A stretch of 64,000 nucleotides of DNA from positions 442,859 through 506,858 of the forward strand of contig NMRA01000264.1 of the NCBI GenBank assembly GCA_002633005.1, read 5' to 3'. Both the position numbers and the translations under genes were made by a program. The notes beneath the pieces were generated by a model, which saw only the letters and a list, made by a program, of their open reading frames with translations, did no database searches and was not told the DNA's origin. The stretch is from Phoronis australis (Eukaryota > Animalia > Phoronida). The stretch's first letter is position 1; the number at the start of each line of letters is the position of its first letter. This document shows, in pieces, positions 25,201-63,159 of the stretch.

Positions 25201-28104
25201 ATGGATGGAGATGACAACATAAAGGGCAAACACTATTAGCATTTTGATCTATCATTCGATTGTCGAAGGAAAAGCAAACAAATGTATTAAGCTCTGCTGA
25301 GCTTAGAACACTGAATGTTGCTCATAAGACATGTGTGGGCCAATGACATATATTCAAGGATTTAATGACTTGTAACTGCTTTATGCAATCCTTACTATGG
25401 CTTTAATAGCATCATCAGTAATGTCATCTATATTGTCATATTCTGTGGAAGCATGATAGGGGTTGAGGAACTGTATCACACTACCCTGGACAACACCGTA
25501 GCGACCTCTTTTGGTGAAGGGGGTTTTCATACCAACCCTGAAACAAAACCGTACATTCACTGACAGAGGTGACAGTTACAAAGTCATGTGCAACACAGTC
25601 TTAGATGTGAAGGTATGAAGAAAAACAAATTAATAACTGTCACTTTGTACTGGTACCTGTAGCAAGAAAATAATGCCAAGGCAAAAGTATTCTTATAAGA
25701 TATACAAAAGTACACAGATTCAATTACACTGCAAACCTTTCTCAGTTGCTTTAACAACTGATGGCTGTAACGAGTGCCTTACTGCTGATAATAAAAAACA
25801 CATTACAGCAGAGTCATAATAAACTGAATAAATGAATCTTGAAGCATATTACCACTCACTCAACTGTGTTTTCCCACCCCCAACCTTCCAAATTTTCACT
25901 TTTTAACACTCACGCTCAGTTTAGCAGCCTCCCTGATTTATACGATTGAGACTTCTTTAGAAGTGCCGTTGTCCTTTTTCAACGTCCATGCCATGACAAC
26001 TTTAGATCGCCCAACCTACACATCCCTCACACTAATTCTTTTGGATAATAAACAATCGGTAACAGTCACTGGGTTCATGAGTTTTGAAAACCAGTTTTCT
26101 AAACTGAACAGACATCAAACTTGTCCTCAAAATGCCGTACCCTCGTAAGTGACTATTGCTGAGCAATCAGTTTCAGCAGCAGCTTGCCATATTCAGGTGG
26201 GAAAACTACCACTTTTTACAGCATCAGACATGAAATAATTCTTAAGCCTATGGCACCGCTCGTGTAAACGCCCCGACTAGACTTCTCAAAATTTTAGTTT
26301 GCAATTCCCATATTCAGCAATATACAGCAATGGCAGCGACAGGGGGACAGCAATGTTGCAATTTAACATATTGACTGAATTTCTCTTCAAGGCATTGCCC
26401 CAACTCACAGCGTGCACACAAAAGGAAGTAAATACAAGCCACTGTTATCAGAATGAACAGATAGTGAAGGCCATACCAGTGAATGTACATAAACTTGACA
26501 GTTGTGCTCATGTCGACAACTTCCTCCAGCCTGAGTAGAATGTACATCACTTGTGTATCGTCCAAGTGGGTCACTAGTTCAGTACAACCTCCATTACCTG
26601 ATGAAGTAGAACACATCAACTCATACAAAAACGAATAAACAAATAAATGAACCAGTTTCGGTAGGAATATTCAATTTTGAATTATTACAATATCAATAGA
26701 CAAATTTGAACCTGTAGTAGAACATTAACTTTTTGTTGTAACCATTCAGGGGGTCATTTTTGTAGGTCAAAGGATTTCTGAAATTTTAAATTAATTTTGA
26801 TGATAAAATAACTAAATCTGCTTGATGAAAGATAAAGAAAAGCAAATACTTGAAAGTACTAGCTGTCCAACCCTATTTTCTTGAAAACGATAAAATCATC
26901 AGCTTCCACACCACAAAACCATACATAATTATTGCTAGTATTTTCATTTCATGATAGTACATGGCATGAACTTTTCAACATCACTTGTGAAAGAGTTACA
27001 CAATTATAGTTGACATTTTCATGAAACAAGAATTAAACGTGACTGTTTTGCTTCATTGCTTGTGTTGACCTGCACTCTGAAGTTTTGAGAGATAAGACAA
27101 CTTTCAAGCAATTTTCCATGTCATTCCAAAACCTCTCCTTTCCAGACTAGATGTAGTGAATGAGATATAGGCAAGCAGTAAAGCTGACACAATTTATTCA
27201 TAGCTAGTCTTTTGTTGGATCTAGCTGTGTCAACTGGGCTGTTGTGTCCTGGTCATCGCAAGGTGTTACCTCATGGTACCAGGGTTTGGGTATGTCAGCT
27301 ATCTGGACTACATAAAGGACTATGTGCACACTTCTGCTTTGTTGACATGCGAGAATAGTTGCAATCCAAGTGGAGCACTGTATGGTCACCTGTCGTCTGT
27401 GAACTGTAGTCACCGGAATCAGCTCTAACAAGACCACAGGACAGCACAGTACTATTACTCCGTACTTTTATTGGTGTAGTACTAATATGAGGATAACAGA
27501 CAATTTGTTGGGAAAATCCACTGTTATGACATTTTTACCACCATTTCGCAACACACTGAAAAATCTTATCGCCATTTCCACATTTGCTGTTGCCAAAAAC
27601 GGCAATCTGAAAAATGACTTTTCGAGCTCTATACTAGCGTAGTAAAGCAAATCATGGATTCCAATTACCTGAATAGAATTGGCGCTTATTGATTTGTGTT
27701 CTTTTATAAGATTAAAAATTTCCATTTTACCCATCCAAAGAGCGCTACTGTACGAATTATTTTTTCCGACGCAAAAACGTGTACGGACTATTTTTCCCTC
27801 GGACTGTCTTTTCATCCCAAATTTTAATGCTATTCTCTCAGATAATCAAAACTGATACTCTTCTAAGCTTATACTAACAACTGCAAGAGTTTATCAACTT
27901 TGCGAAACAACGCTAAGCTGTACCATCAACTCAAGTCATTATTCTAAGACATCTACCTTCAGCAATCACATCAATTTCATTGGGATTGCCATTCACATGG
28001 CCAATGATGATATAAGAGCCAGCAACACCAGATTCATCGCCACGCAGTTTCTGTACGGCCGCCATGAGCTGTCCCTCGTCAACTGGTTTAACGTCTGTGC
28101 TCAT
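22234..28104 (-). CDS. Tandem double ADF-H (coactosin/drebrin-like) actin-binding protein, 332 aa, 6 coding exons
   Basis: Exons (minus): 28104-27957, 26597-26477, 25537-25396, 24035-23638, 22884-22743, 22281-22234. All introns are GT-AG with compatible phases; total 999 nt, ATG to TAA. Translation MSTDVKPVDEG...IIIGHVNGNP...ELVTHLDDTQVMYILLR...TVKFMYIHWVG...KRGRYGV...PYH..., then ...IADVRDDGTNTNWVLVGYE...GSGSEGVNEL...LEDDAVMYGLYRV...TVKFVYITWVGDNVKPMSKGKIATHKGAVEELFYPSH...VMATSGSKSHVKTSE*. Both halves show coactosin-type ADF-H motifs (W.L.GY, GSG..G..EL, MYG..R, KF..I.W.G). Confidence 0.9.
24340..25250 (-). mobile_element. Older HINE-like element in an intron of the ADF-H gene (remnant also at ~3590-3900 in the paralogue)
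   Basis: Six ~145-bp-spaced ccactagRgggcac-like units and a gatggatgga remnant near 25200; reverse orientation relative to the 16.4-18.8 kb element. Confidence 0.5.
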
Positions 28105-29293
28105 TGTGCAGAAGTCTGAAACAAGCATCAAGATTTCTCATCAGAAATTGTTGTTATCATGTAGCGATTGCTTTGAGCTCATGACAAAAGAAGTACTCCA
28201 TTGTTACAATGTAAAAAGTATACAAAAGCAAACCATTAACAATTATGATGTCACTCAAGATACACTGAGCACAATATAGTCCTTTATAAAAAAGGTACAC
28301 AAAATTTCATCTCGTCAAAAATTGGAAATGAAATTCAATGCAAAATGTTCTCGCTAGTTTTCTATTTTAGCGTTATTTTTCATCTGTTTTCCGTCTGAAT
28401 TTTTGGCGAATCCAGACAAATATCACCGATGCAGATTCACAGCCACCAAGTTGATTTATTCCAGCTTTGAAATTTTAGATTTTGGCTTGACCTAAAAAGC
28501 ATTATCTGGGTTGTTTCCAACTAATTAATTCCAAGTAAGCCATCTATTGTCTGGGCAACAGAACAGTGCTACCCTGGGATCTCCACTAGGTGGCAGTCAA
28601 GTTGATCTCAAGTGAGCACTAAGCTTTTCATCAAATTATTGAGGTTAATACTAGCTCAGTGGTCTGCTTCCATTCAAGTATATCAATGGCTCTGTGTGAT
28701 GATGGACAATTAAAGGTATCTGGTTATAATAAACAATGTCCCACAACTGCACATTTCTGGGTCACAAACCTGTCTTAAGCACAAAACCAAGGATTATCAT
28801 GACAAAATCATAAAGTATCACTTTCAATTAAAGACAGAATTTGAAGAAAATACGGTAGAAAGAAACAAGCAATTCACATTCCCATTACTGCTTCTTCATA
28901 AGATTACTGATAAGTGAAATATCAACAAAACTATTAATTTCATTTCGGTAAAAGTGTATATTTTCTGAAAGTAAGAAGCCTCTTGAATTTTACCATTTAT
29001 TGTGTCGTGTCTTTTTAGAAAAATTTAGCAGAAATCAAAAGGTACTCTTGATAACAAAACAATGGTACCAACGTGATTAAATGTTATTTGACATAAAGGT
29101 TCAAGATGAGATCTCAAACAGCTACTCCAGTATTCTAAAACATCAATTACTTTTTGCTATATTAACTAAAAGACCTAGTAGCACACGTTTTTAACCCTTA
29201 TTGATTGCTTAGAACAATTTATAACGAAGCCATCAGTGCCTGCAGGTTAATTCAAACGAAATCCATAAGCCAAAAATTCATAAAAACCCTCAC

Positions 29294-29345
29294 TTGTCAC
29301 GAAATGGGGCCGAGTGATACTCCGCCATTTTAGATTTCCGGCTAA
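29294..29345 (-). promoter_or_regulatory. Probable promoter / first exon of the double ADF-H gene with YY1-like AAAATGGCGG and ETS-like CCGGAA motifs
   Basis: Minus strand reads ccggaaatctaaaatggcggagt...gtgacaa|gtgagg (donor at 29293). The coding ATG exon begins with an acceptor at 28115, so an upstream exon is required. Confidence 0.5.
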
Positions 29346-30029
29346 GGCGAAAGTGAGATTCATGAAGGAACGATTGGAAAAACAAGGCTGTCTACTTGAC
29401 TGGGCTAAGCGTGTTTTACAGGGAGTAAGTTACTTCTGATGACCAGTATTTTACTTCATGTAATTATTTCCAACTGGGCCCACTTGAAAATCAGTGTATT
29501 CACTGAAAAGTGGTCACCCAGTCTTTTACAGAAGTTTAAATAAATAAATAAATAAAACGAACATGCAATATCAGAATAATTAGTAAAATTGCTATATAGT
29601 AAGAATATTCCGACAACTTGAGAAAATATTGAAAATAAACTTTGAAAAAGAAAACTAAGATACTGGTGGTCTCCACCAATTTTGTTAGGTGTCCGACAGC
29701 CAACAATGAGCGATGACCTATTTCTTATAGAATACCAACTGGTGGCGAAATAACTTCAAGAAGAATACTTGTTATGTTCCCAAATAGCACGATATAAGTA
29801 TGAATGAATTTAAAGTAAAATGAAGAATTTTCATGCAACCTGAAGAATTCATAGCTTCTACAGGAGGCCGGCTGCCTGGCCGCGAACATCACTGCTTCAC
29901 GGCTCAGGATGAACACATCAATTAGTAATGATTACAAATTTTTGTCACGTTTTAAAATATGTTTTGTATAATAATTAAAATTAAAGTCAATTAGGATGTG
30001 ATTATTTTGCTGGTGGCGAAGTGGCACAT

Positions 30030-30250
30030 CAGTCAACTGCCAAGGAAATTTTGCCAGGTTGTGTCCGGGCTGCAAAAATCAAGCACACTGCGGTGCGCAA
30101 TTTTGCAATTCAGGTGAAAAGCACACTTATTTGAGATATTGTTTGTTGAATAATAGCAGTGTGAGAGTGTTTTTCCAACGGCGGTAAAACTGGTGGCAAT
30201 TTGGAACCAAGTCACAAAATGTGCCGTCGGTAACCACACGGCAGTTGCTG
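30030..30250. mobile_element. Decayed MITE
   Basis: Inverted termini cagtcaactgcc / ggcagttgctg. Confidence 0.4.
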
Positions 30251-30469
30251 GTACTTAGCACAAGTTTCACGATAAGGCAATAAAAAACATTTGACAATCT
30301 AGAAAGGTTTTTCCACTAATTTATTACCACAACGGGCAATGTTGCAGAAAATTGCCGTACCCCCTCGATGAGTCGAGGCACCTGAGGAGTGTTGGCTGCG
30401 GAAGGTGAGATGCGAGGTATTCACAACTTATACTTTTGTTGCATTAAATACCACTAGTCATATGCAAAG

Positions 30470-30730
30470 AACAGATGGAATTTGGACAGTAAATAATCAT
30501 ATTTGTTTCATAAGAACCAAAATGAGAATCAAAAACAACCAAGCAAAATAACAACACTTATATGCTCAATGGTGATCTTGACAGTTTTCAAAGACAACAT
30601 GGTTGTCATTCAGGAATCACTCGTTAACTGATACACAATGAACCCAAATCACAGAAATAGAGTGACGCGAATAGTCAATGATTTTCTGATCTTGACCGAG
30701 GTACAAAACTGTGCTCAAAAAGGCTTTTAG
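30470..30730 (-). repeat. Dispersed repeat, inverted homologue of ~9105-9345 (and ~13370-13585)
   Basis: aagaaccaaaatgagaatcaaaaacaacc is the reverse complement of ggttgttttggattctcattttggttctt; similarity extends to gtgctcaaaaaggcttttag. Confidence 0.7.
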
Positions 30731-31258
30731 TTTGATAATAGAAAAGAGGTAGACATTAATCCATGTCCATGTTACATATTACTTAATTTGGTACATATAT
30801 TTTTAAGTTTTTGAACTAGATTAACCCTTTGAGACAAAGACTTTACAGAATTCTTTTCATGAATATCATAAAAGCCCATTATTTGATAGCCCATCACTTA
30901 AAAAGGGAGCATTTTAAAAACAATTCCACAATTCTGCTTTGTAAAACAATGTGTAAACACAAGGATCTCTGACATTTTCATCTGAATTCGAGTGGCAATT
31001 ATTGAGATATGATGTTGCAAAATTACCAAAATTTGGCCATTTTTCTACGATAATGATTCTACATACTGCAATGCGAACTTTTTAAGTCCGGTCAGCTTTC
31101 TGGGGAATTATGACTGAGACGGATTAAAAATCAAAGTCACATTATTATAAGTACGTTTTGAACATAGAGGGACACCTTAGGAGGCCCTCAACGTCTTTAA
31201 TTCCTTCCAACTCGAACAAATACTCCTGTAATGTAACTTTTATCTTCAAGCAGTTCTT

Positions 31259-31386
31259 CTTCGTTCAGTTCCCAAAATCGGTAACTGGCTATTTTAACAC
31301 TGCGAGTGGCAGGTGGTATGACGTCATATTCCTTGGTGTGCACTGCGTAAAAATAGCCAGTTTCTGATTTTGGAAACTGAATGAAG
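31259..31386. repeat. 128-bp imperfect palindrome centred on TGACGTCA
   Basis: cttcgttcagttcccaaaatcggtaactggctatttt ... aaaatagccagtttctgattttggaaactgaatgaag; axis at 31322/31323. Confidence 0.8.
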
Positions 31387-32924
31387 CCCCGAGGGTCAAC
31401 CCTATAGTAAGCTTGGTACCATTCAGGAACAATTCGGAACAGAATTTCAATTTCCACAAAATGGTGTCAGAATCATTTAACCCCTTTTTCACGAAATTCT
31501 CCGAAATGATACGCTTTTCACTACTTTGGACCTCGAAAAACACCTTTTTTCGCAGATTCTTGTTGGTGGATGTGTACCAAAGTCACCATGGGTTCCACCC
31601 CTCCAGTAATACTGCTCGGACCTGGGCTGGGACCGACGCATCTCGGACGATGCAGTCTCTAGTTTGAACTTGTGAAGAGCGACGCTCTGTGGAAAGAACG
31701 TGTGTCGCTAGATTGGTTCAGTTTTTGGTCGCCTGATGAATCCTTCCCATTGAAGTTGAACATGGCGGTATCAACCGGAAAACAGTGCAAACAAAAACTT
31801 GACGGTAAAATTGTAAGGGAACAAGGTAAGAGATATTTCCTTAAATTTTTGGATTGAGAGCGATGAGAGGAATCGAATGATACAAAAATCATATGTGTAT
31901 GTCAATGTCGTCACATTGTAAACAATAAACAAGGACTGCTCGAAGAAAAAGTTTGATAACGGGAGCTGGATGTATTAGATGTGGAAGGAATCAACACATC
32001 GACAGTCTCCTACAGTGTCTCTCTATGCGCAATAGGTACTTATAACATCGTGGGTTTGATGTTTTAGTCAGTGTGAGGCACAATTCGCCGAAAATTTTCT
32101 AGCGTATGAAGCTCCTATTAATAAGAGCTTCACCGTCTCTACTCAGGGCTTCATCTANAATGGCAGTGGCATGTGAGTCTATTGAAAGCAGACACTCTGG
32201 CAACCAACCACGTGCTAATGATTGACAGGTCTACCAAGTAGTTTGAATATTGCAACATTTTAAATACTTTGTATATCTCTTTCCGAGTTGAAAGGGCCAA
32301 CTTCCCGCTTTGATTAACTGGGAGTCTTAGTAATCTTTCAATGTGGGTGTCCAAACTGGAGAAATTCTGATTGACAGGGCGTTCAAATGATACATTGGGC
32401 GTCCTTGCCAGGGCGTCTATATTAGTGCTAGGGCGTCCAAATGGACGCCCAGGACGTACGCTGCATGAAGGCCTGTCTCTACTGCCTGGCCAGCTAGAGA
32501 CGGTGGGTAGGAAGTAGAACACGGGCTGTATTTGGGCGTGCCAAACTTCAAATTTACTGATTTCGCAAGAAAAGGATTGAGAAAAAGGCCTACACACTGT
32601 AAATTTGCTTGTTTGGTGATCTTGAAACCAGTTTATCACCACGGGTCTTCAAGAATGAAACCCAACACTTACAAAATTTTTCGGTCTTTCAAGTTTACGG
32701 CAAGCACCGACTTCCTGATGACTACTTGACACAAAAATGTGACCTACTTTTTATTTTAGCATCATTTAAAAATTGTACTAAACTCGAAATCTGTCAAATA
32801 AATTCTCCTAGAGTGACCGAGAAAATTTAGAATAACGAAACACTCATTAATTTAGTCCAAAAACACAAAAAGTGCGAAAGTCTCTAGAATTTATTTCGTT
32901 TTGTGTAGTTTGTGTGGGGCCCAC

Positions 32925-32950
32925 ATTTTGACCTAGTTCTGAAGTTCAAA

Positions 32951-32965
<15 letters not shown>
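32925..32965 (+). promoter_or_regulatory. Probable TSS region of the sorting nexin; YY1-like CAAAATGGCGG overlapping the start codon plus ETS-like CGGAAG
   Basis: gaagttcaaaATGGCGGAAGTGCAG|gtaaac. Confidence 0.5.
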
Positions 32966-59089
<26,124 letters not shown>

Positions 59090-59921
59090 AGTCACATTAT
59101 GAACGCAAATTAAAGTTTTGGTGGTGCAATCTATTAACGAACAAATTACTAGGTGTGATATTTATGAGGAAGTCCACTTTTACATATTAATTATATGCAC
59201 AATTAGTGCTGTATTTTTACATAATTCAGAGTTTAACTGGGACATAGAATTGCTGTTGGTTTTGATAAAGCCACCTACATTAAGAGTGGTCCCTTCTGTT
59301 TGGGGCAATGAAACTTGTCAAAATTTGTTTAGGTTTTCAGCTCTTATTTGATTTGAGATGAGAGCGCTCTTCTGTGTAAAAACAGTGCCATAACTATGGA
59401 CACCATTGAAGTCATTTTGTTAATGGTAAAATGTTCTTTAAAATCTATCTCAAAAACGGACATGTAATTCTTTCATTTCTGAGGAAGTAATTTAGTTTTC
59501 AGTGTCTGAGGGAGTGCTGTTACAATGGGTTAAGTAAAGTGAAGCACATTCAAGATGTTATTTGGCTTAAATAAAAATAACAGGAAATATTACAAGGAAT
59601 CCACTTCCAGTTAAGTGAAAGTTCATGGTCACACAAGTGGAAACTTTTGTGTAAGAGCACTGTGCTGTTATAGTCAACACCAGCACATACTGTACACAGT
59701 TTTAGGTTGAAGCATGTCACTGTAGATAAAAAATCTGGCCAAGCATAGAATTTCTCATTGACCACATTTTTGTTCACACCAACAGAAAATGAGTCTCCTC
59801 TTGCATTTCTGCTGAACACTTTGCCTTACTGTATATTTGGTATAAATTTTACATCGTTGGAAAATTCTGTGCTAATTTTAGCCTAGTTATCGTCTCATGG
59901 GGATACAGTCACTTAGGTAAC

Positions 59922-60020
59922 AGTCACTTACAGGGGTCCTGCAGTTTGAGAACCAGTTTTATCAACTGAATAATGAGTGTCTAACTGGTTCTCAAAATCC
60001 GGGATCCCTGTAACTGACTA
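59922..60020. mobile_element. ~100-bp hairpin MITE in the sorting nexin 3' UTR (family copies at 42725-42800, 56403-56499, 56786-56885)
   Basis: agtcacttacaggggtcctgcagtttgagaaccagtt ... aactggttctcaaaatccgggatccctgtaactgact. Confidence 0.7.
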
Positions 60021-60757
60021 TTGCCGTTTTGGATAGGCCTCACTGGACAAGTGTGTCTGTGTGTCTTGTGTCTTTAGCTGAGTGAAGTGACCAGGGAACT
60101 GAGAGCTTTGGCGTAATCATGTTCATTAATCGGAACAGGCATTGAAAAACACCCCGTCCCCTATTTGTCTTATTTTTCTATAGATTTTAAGTGACATTTG
60201 GGAATTGTGCAAAATACCATTCTTTTTGAAATACATATCTGCACTAGTCTTTCCACAGTTTAGTTACTTGACGTGACTGTTCAACAAATAATGACAGTCC
60301 TTTATTGATTTGATATCTCAAATCAAATGGCACTGTTTTGCTCTAATTTAATATTATTCAGGGGTTGGGAAGAAATGAGTTGTTCGGTTTGATACATCTT
60401 TGAAATTTGGCATTCTGACATCATATTTGAACTTTCTGCTTATAGAATATTGTTTTAATGTAGAATTCATGTGTCTTGTGTTTTGATATGTGTGAGACAG
60501 AAAGAAAAGGATGAGACTGAGTGGCCATAACTTCTGGAGGCTGCATTTTTTCAAAGAATTTTGAACTGTGAACATTTACACTCGTGGAGACCTCTGTTGG
60601 TGACTTAACTGTTGGTGCAGGTTTTGATATATCTATTTATGTAAAGTTATGTTTTGCTGCAGACAGAAATTTAAGTTACTCTCTACTCAGTATCAGTTAC
60701 TATCAGCTGAGAGCTTTGTTAATTTATAGAACACTGCATTGTTACACAGTGATATAA

Positions 60758-60763
60758 AATAAA
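60758..60763 (+). terminator. Probable polyadenylation signal of the sorting nexin
   Basis: AATAAA ~1.7 kb after the stop, followed by a T/GT-rich tract (ttttgtttcc) and then mobile-element DNA. Confidence 0.45.
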
Positions 60764-60927
60764 ATTTATTGAATTACAAATAATTTTGTTTCCAGCAATA
60801 GTTGATTTCTATATTGTAAAAGGACGATTGCTGTTGGAGAGTACAGTTTGTACAACAACTGTTGCGATGATTTGTACAGTGTCAGTCCAGATAAGGTGGG
60901 AGATAAGATGCATAAATGTGCTATGCT

Positions 60928-61276
60928 CAGGGACGGATCCAGGGTTTTGAGTTAGGGGGAGGGGGGGGGGGNNNNNNNNNNNNNNNNNNNNNNNNCAGGG
61001 CACAGGAATAACCAGAATTTCGACATATGCGCTCACTCAGCCTAAATGTGGGGATGCAGGGATCTCGAAGTCTGGGTTTGCGGACCTGTTGACTAAAAAA
61101 ACGGGGTTTGTTCAGGGCCTATGCATTGTTTATTCACTTTATTCATCCCTCGAGTGCCCTTGGTTGCGTGCATGTGCTAGTCAGAAATTCGCATCCGAAC
61201 TCCCAAATGGTATCTGGTAGAATTTTAGGGGGGGGGGGGGGGCATGGCCCCCTTGCCCCCCCTAAATCCGCTTCTG
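60928..61276. mobile_element. Related hAT-like MITE (contains the 24-N gap)
   Basis: CAGGGACGGATCC...AAATCCGCTTCTG with an ATGCT 5-bp direct repeat on both sides. Confidence 0.65.
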
Positions 61277-62207
61277 ATGCTACCGAAAAACGTAAAAAGC
61301 CTAAATATTGGAAACTTCATGTAAGTGGTTATGGGGCATCCCTGTTTCCTTGGATGACTTCAAAATGATTCGGTATTGTCTAAGAACTACTTGTGACTGA
61401 GCAGCCCTGTGAAAACGGAACATATCAATGTCGTTTTGCTTTGAAAACAGCTGTCTAGCGGGTGGAATAATCTCAATACGTCAGAAATATGAACGTACCA
61501 GTCACGCAATTGTGACGTCAGCAGTCGTGCCACGTGGATGAGGAACTTGACAACTCCACTTTGAACTATGTTTCCTTTGTTAGCGTTTATTTATGTCACG
61601 ACCAGCGGGACTGTTGGTGCTCGGCAAGAAGGTACATCGTACTGTGCCGCGTTTTTGAAAGTGCTCATTGACTAAATTTCAACTGAGCAAGGCGGTATAC
61701 ATTAGTTTCGTGTACTTTTGATAATTGCATGCATTTCATGACCTAATAGTAGTCCTTCTGTCTCATTTTGAGATAAATCTTATCTAAAACGAAGGTTAAT
61801 ACAAACCACTGAGTTATGAAGTAACTTATAATATTCCCAAACGGTGTTATTTCCAGTGACTTCATTTTTTCGTTTGATATAGAATTTTGGTATTGTATTT
61901 TTAGTTTAACGTTTGATCTTTTACTGATACACCAGTACTCAAAATGGTAACCACACTTGAACTTGAAATATTGATCGGGAAAACGCATATACTTAGGTCA
62001 GTGGGCTATGATATATGACTAGTGCATAAGTCTTTGAGAATATACACATAACTGCAAGTTACTGGGGCTAATTTCTCTATATTGTTTCCAAACGCCGTAT
62101 TGCGCTCAGGATTCAGTGCTTGGCTGAATTTCACTAATTGTGAGGTAGGAGCGTAGTCCCTCGAAATATGACCGAAGAGTGATAACCTTCGGAATATCAG
62201 TATCGGA

Positions 62208-62455
62208 CATAGGCGGACTTGGGGGGGAGGAAGTGAGGAAGTATCGAGTTCAGTAACTAAGACTGGCAGGGGAGAAGGGGGGGGGGCTCAGACCCCAGAC
62301 CGCGGCGGGATCGCGTTCCCGTTTTTTTTAGTCCATAGATTTTACAGACAGAAGGTTCATTCACCCGCACCCCGCAACTTTCGCACGCTTTGCCTTATTC
62401 CCAAAGCCAACATGTTGGCCCCGGGCCCCCTTATTGTATCCTAGATCCGCCACTG
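62208..62455. mobile_element. hAT-like MITE, same family as 6455-6745
   Basis: CATAGGCGGACTT...tatcctagatccgccactg; shared internal gatcgcg..ttcccgtttt and tgttggcccc segments. Confidence 0.8.
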
Positions 62456-62716
62456 TCTGAAATGGCTGATCAAATTCTCAGAGAAATTTTCAGGCACCAC
62501 GCTTTATGCGATGTTTACAAAACGCCGCTAGGAGTTGTTTTTCAGATGTTCCGCTTTTGCTTGAGGGACAATATAAATAAGATCTTTATGGTTTTCATGA
62601 AAACACCAAAAAGTTGCACAACAACTTAAACAAAATGATCACTTAAAAACCTGCTCGTTTACAGATTTTCCGCATTTCATCTTGAACATTTTTATCAAAT
62701 GAAATTTGGCCATGGC

Positions 62717-62871
62717 TGTTTTACTTCATAACAATCTGCTCTTAATTGGATCACCTGACCACGTCTTTTACTAAAATTAAGCAAAAAAATGAAAATTAAG
62801 TTAACTTTCATTTTTTTGCTTAATTTTGGTCAGGTGATCCAATTAAGAGCAGATTGTTATGAAGTAAAACA
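62717..62871. repeat. Near-perfect foldback inverted repeat
   Basis: Perfect arms of ~44 and 22 bp, a ~11-nt bulge on the left arm and an ~11-nt loop. Confidence 0.9.
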
Positions 62872-63159
62872 TCGAATTCCGATAGAGCCTTTCTACTTAC
62901 AGAAAATATCAGTATGTTTTTTCTGAGTTAAAATCTATACGTAAGTCTTGAAGATATTTGACTGTATACAGACTAGTATTTAAAAGTATTTCCCTGGAGT
63001 GAACCACTCGTGGCCGCCGGAACTGAATCGTGTGCCGGTAGGTGTTTTTTTACCGTACCAAATCGCCAGCTGCCTGTAGCTTTGCCAAGCACTGAGACCC
63101 TGGCCTGGCTGACTGCTGTCATGCCTGTGTGACTTTTGTGTGATGCACATGTTATAAAA

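Noticed and set aside
31197-31892. Cluster of overlapping ORFs suggesting a hidden gene between the promoters
   Set aside because: All minus-strand frames are broken by stops, no domain is recognisable and no convincing splice pattern exists; mirrored ORFs arise from the palindrome.
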